From positions 3,348,001 to 3,412,000 of the forward strand of contig NC_134029.1 of assembly GCF_964204645.1 (NCBI RefSeq): a stretch of DNA of 64,000 nucleotides. The letters run 5' to 3'. Each line of letters starts with the position of its first letter. Position 1 is the stretch's first letter. This stretch comes from Tubulanus polymorphus. Lineage: Eukaryota > Animalia > Nemertea. This document shows positions 62,579-64,000 of this stretch, piece by piece. A model generated the notes under the pieces. It was given only the letters and a program-made list of their open reading frames with translations, had not been told where the DNA came from and made no database searches. Made by a program: the position numbers and the translations under genes.

Positions 62579-64000
62579 ATGGTGAGTTTGTAGCGTTCTT
62601 ATTAATCGAATACTTCACCCAGCCCTGGCGTATCCACCTGAGCCAGTTGCTCAAAAGTTGGTTAGAGTTAACCAGTGGATAGTTGATATGGTGACAATTG
62701 AAATTACATTGTTACCGTACTGTACTATGGTATTTAACGGCCGGTTATCTTTAAACAACTTTTGAGCAACTGTGGCCCCAGTGATCTCCGTCGCCCTACG
62801 ATCCTTGAAGTGTGGTACATCAGACACTAAGGTTCTTGGTGAATCGAACACTAATTCTTCATATTTGAATCTCAGGGGCTTACGTAATCAGAGTTGTAGG
62901 AATTAAACAAAAAAGTCTGACCGGTGTTTGTAAAGACAATGGATTATTAACAGATTCAAGGCGCAAGGGCCGATCCAGGGGAGTACCATACCAGGGGGAC
63001 TCGTGTCTATTTTCCTTGACTGACATCGTTTTTTTGGGTATATTCTTAAAACTTTTGAGCTCATTTAACTCAAATTAGTCTTAGCCTAAAGACCAGTGAA
63101 ACTGTGCAGTCCAGATAAATCGTCGTTTTTATATCCATTTTACACTGTTTTGAAGGATTGCAAAAAATCTTTCCTTTCTCTTGAATTGGAGAAAAGCGGA
63201 AATTTTACACTGTTTTGAAGGATTGCAAAAAATCTTTCCTTTCTCTTGAATTGGAGAAAAGCGGAACAAATTTTCCATGCCTGATTGAAAGGGGGTCGTA
63301 TTGGAAGTTTGGGGGTGAACTGTTGCTAAGATCATCCAATATCCAAGGTACTATACATAGGCCTATAAAAAGAAAAGGGTGGAAACTCGTATACACTTCG
63401 ATTTGAATTCACTACTCCTAAAATATCCAAAGGATTTCCGTGAAATCTGTTTTAAAATGTTCAAAACATCCTATATTTTCTAATTATACGAGCCCCTGTG
63501 GCCTGATTAGGGCCTTTTCAAATCATCACAAAATCATGGAACAAATTTTTTGAACTTTGGATTTTTTGAGGTGCCCTCATGAAATTTTTTAGGATAGAAA
63601 TCATTGCTTTTCATTTTGTAAAGAAATTATTCCCTCATGATAGCTATTGATCAAATAGCCTTGGAGAACACCAAAATTTCAAAATTTTCTGGGGGGGGGC
63701 GCTCACCACGCTGGGGTGCCCTGTGATAACTTGTGCCTTTCACGCTTATGTGCCCTTCAGTACCTGGTCCATATTAGGCCTATGAATGATACTACAACAA
63801 ATTGGAATGATAATATTAATTTGAAAATAAATTTGAAGGAACATCGAAAAAGTAATTAAAAATTGACTGATTATTTGGCAATTTTGTCTAATGACACTTC
63901 ATTCAGAGGGGGTTAAAGAAAATGAAAATATTTTTGCTTCATAGATTTGTTTTGTCGTTGCAGTCAAAGAAAAACGTAAAATCCATCGATGAAATCCGCG
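62579..64000 (+). CDS. EEF2: Second tandem eEF2 paralog, 5' part only (exon 1 ATG 62579-62581; exon 2 from 63964)
   Basis: ttgttttgtcgttgcag|TCAAAGAAAAACGTAAAATCCATCGATGAAATCCGCG is nearly identical to exon 2 of copy 1 ([12 protein letters not shown]); upstream cggaatc...ATG|gtgagttt mirrors copy 1 exon 1. Confidence 0.8.
62642..62778. mobile_element. MITE in intron 1 of the second eEF2
   Basis: Perfect TIR cores cagttgctcaaaagttg / caacttttgagcaactg. Confidence 0.75.
63137..63266. repeat. Direct tandem duplication of ~65 bp
   Basis: ttttacactgttttgaaggattgcaaaaaatctttcctttctcttgaattggagaaaagcggaa present twice. Confidence 0.9.

Overview
Eukaryotic (invertebrate animal, AT-rich, intron-rich) genomic DNA containing two genes and the start of a third. 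(1) Minus strand, ~40.7 kb down to <4.5 kb: the 5' and middle part of a Mint/X11/APBA (lin-10) adaptor gene. Its PTB-domain exons are clear; the end of the PTB and the PDZ exons lie outside the window. It appears to have two alternative large N-terminal coding exons, only one of which carries the Mint1-type CASK-interaction domain, plus several frame-preserving cassette or micro-exons. (2) Plus strand, 54059-61188: a complete 11-exon, 855-aa but unusually divergent eEF2 gene with a TCT/5'TOP start. Its introns host at least six snoRNAs (4x U17/SNORA73/snR30, 2x U18/SNORD18) plus a candidate snR72-like C/D RNA, in multi-snoRNA introns. (3) A second tandem eEF2 copy begins at 62579 and runs off the window end. 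Introns and intergenic DNA also hold MITE/foldback elements (two with tRNA-like parts), a LINE 3' remnant, a tRNA-derived pseudogene and mini/microsatellites. All splice models were read by eye from GT/AG sites and phase compatibility, and family assignments come from recalled reference sequences, not database searches.
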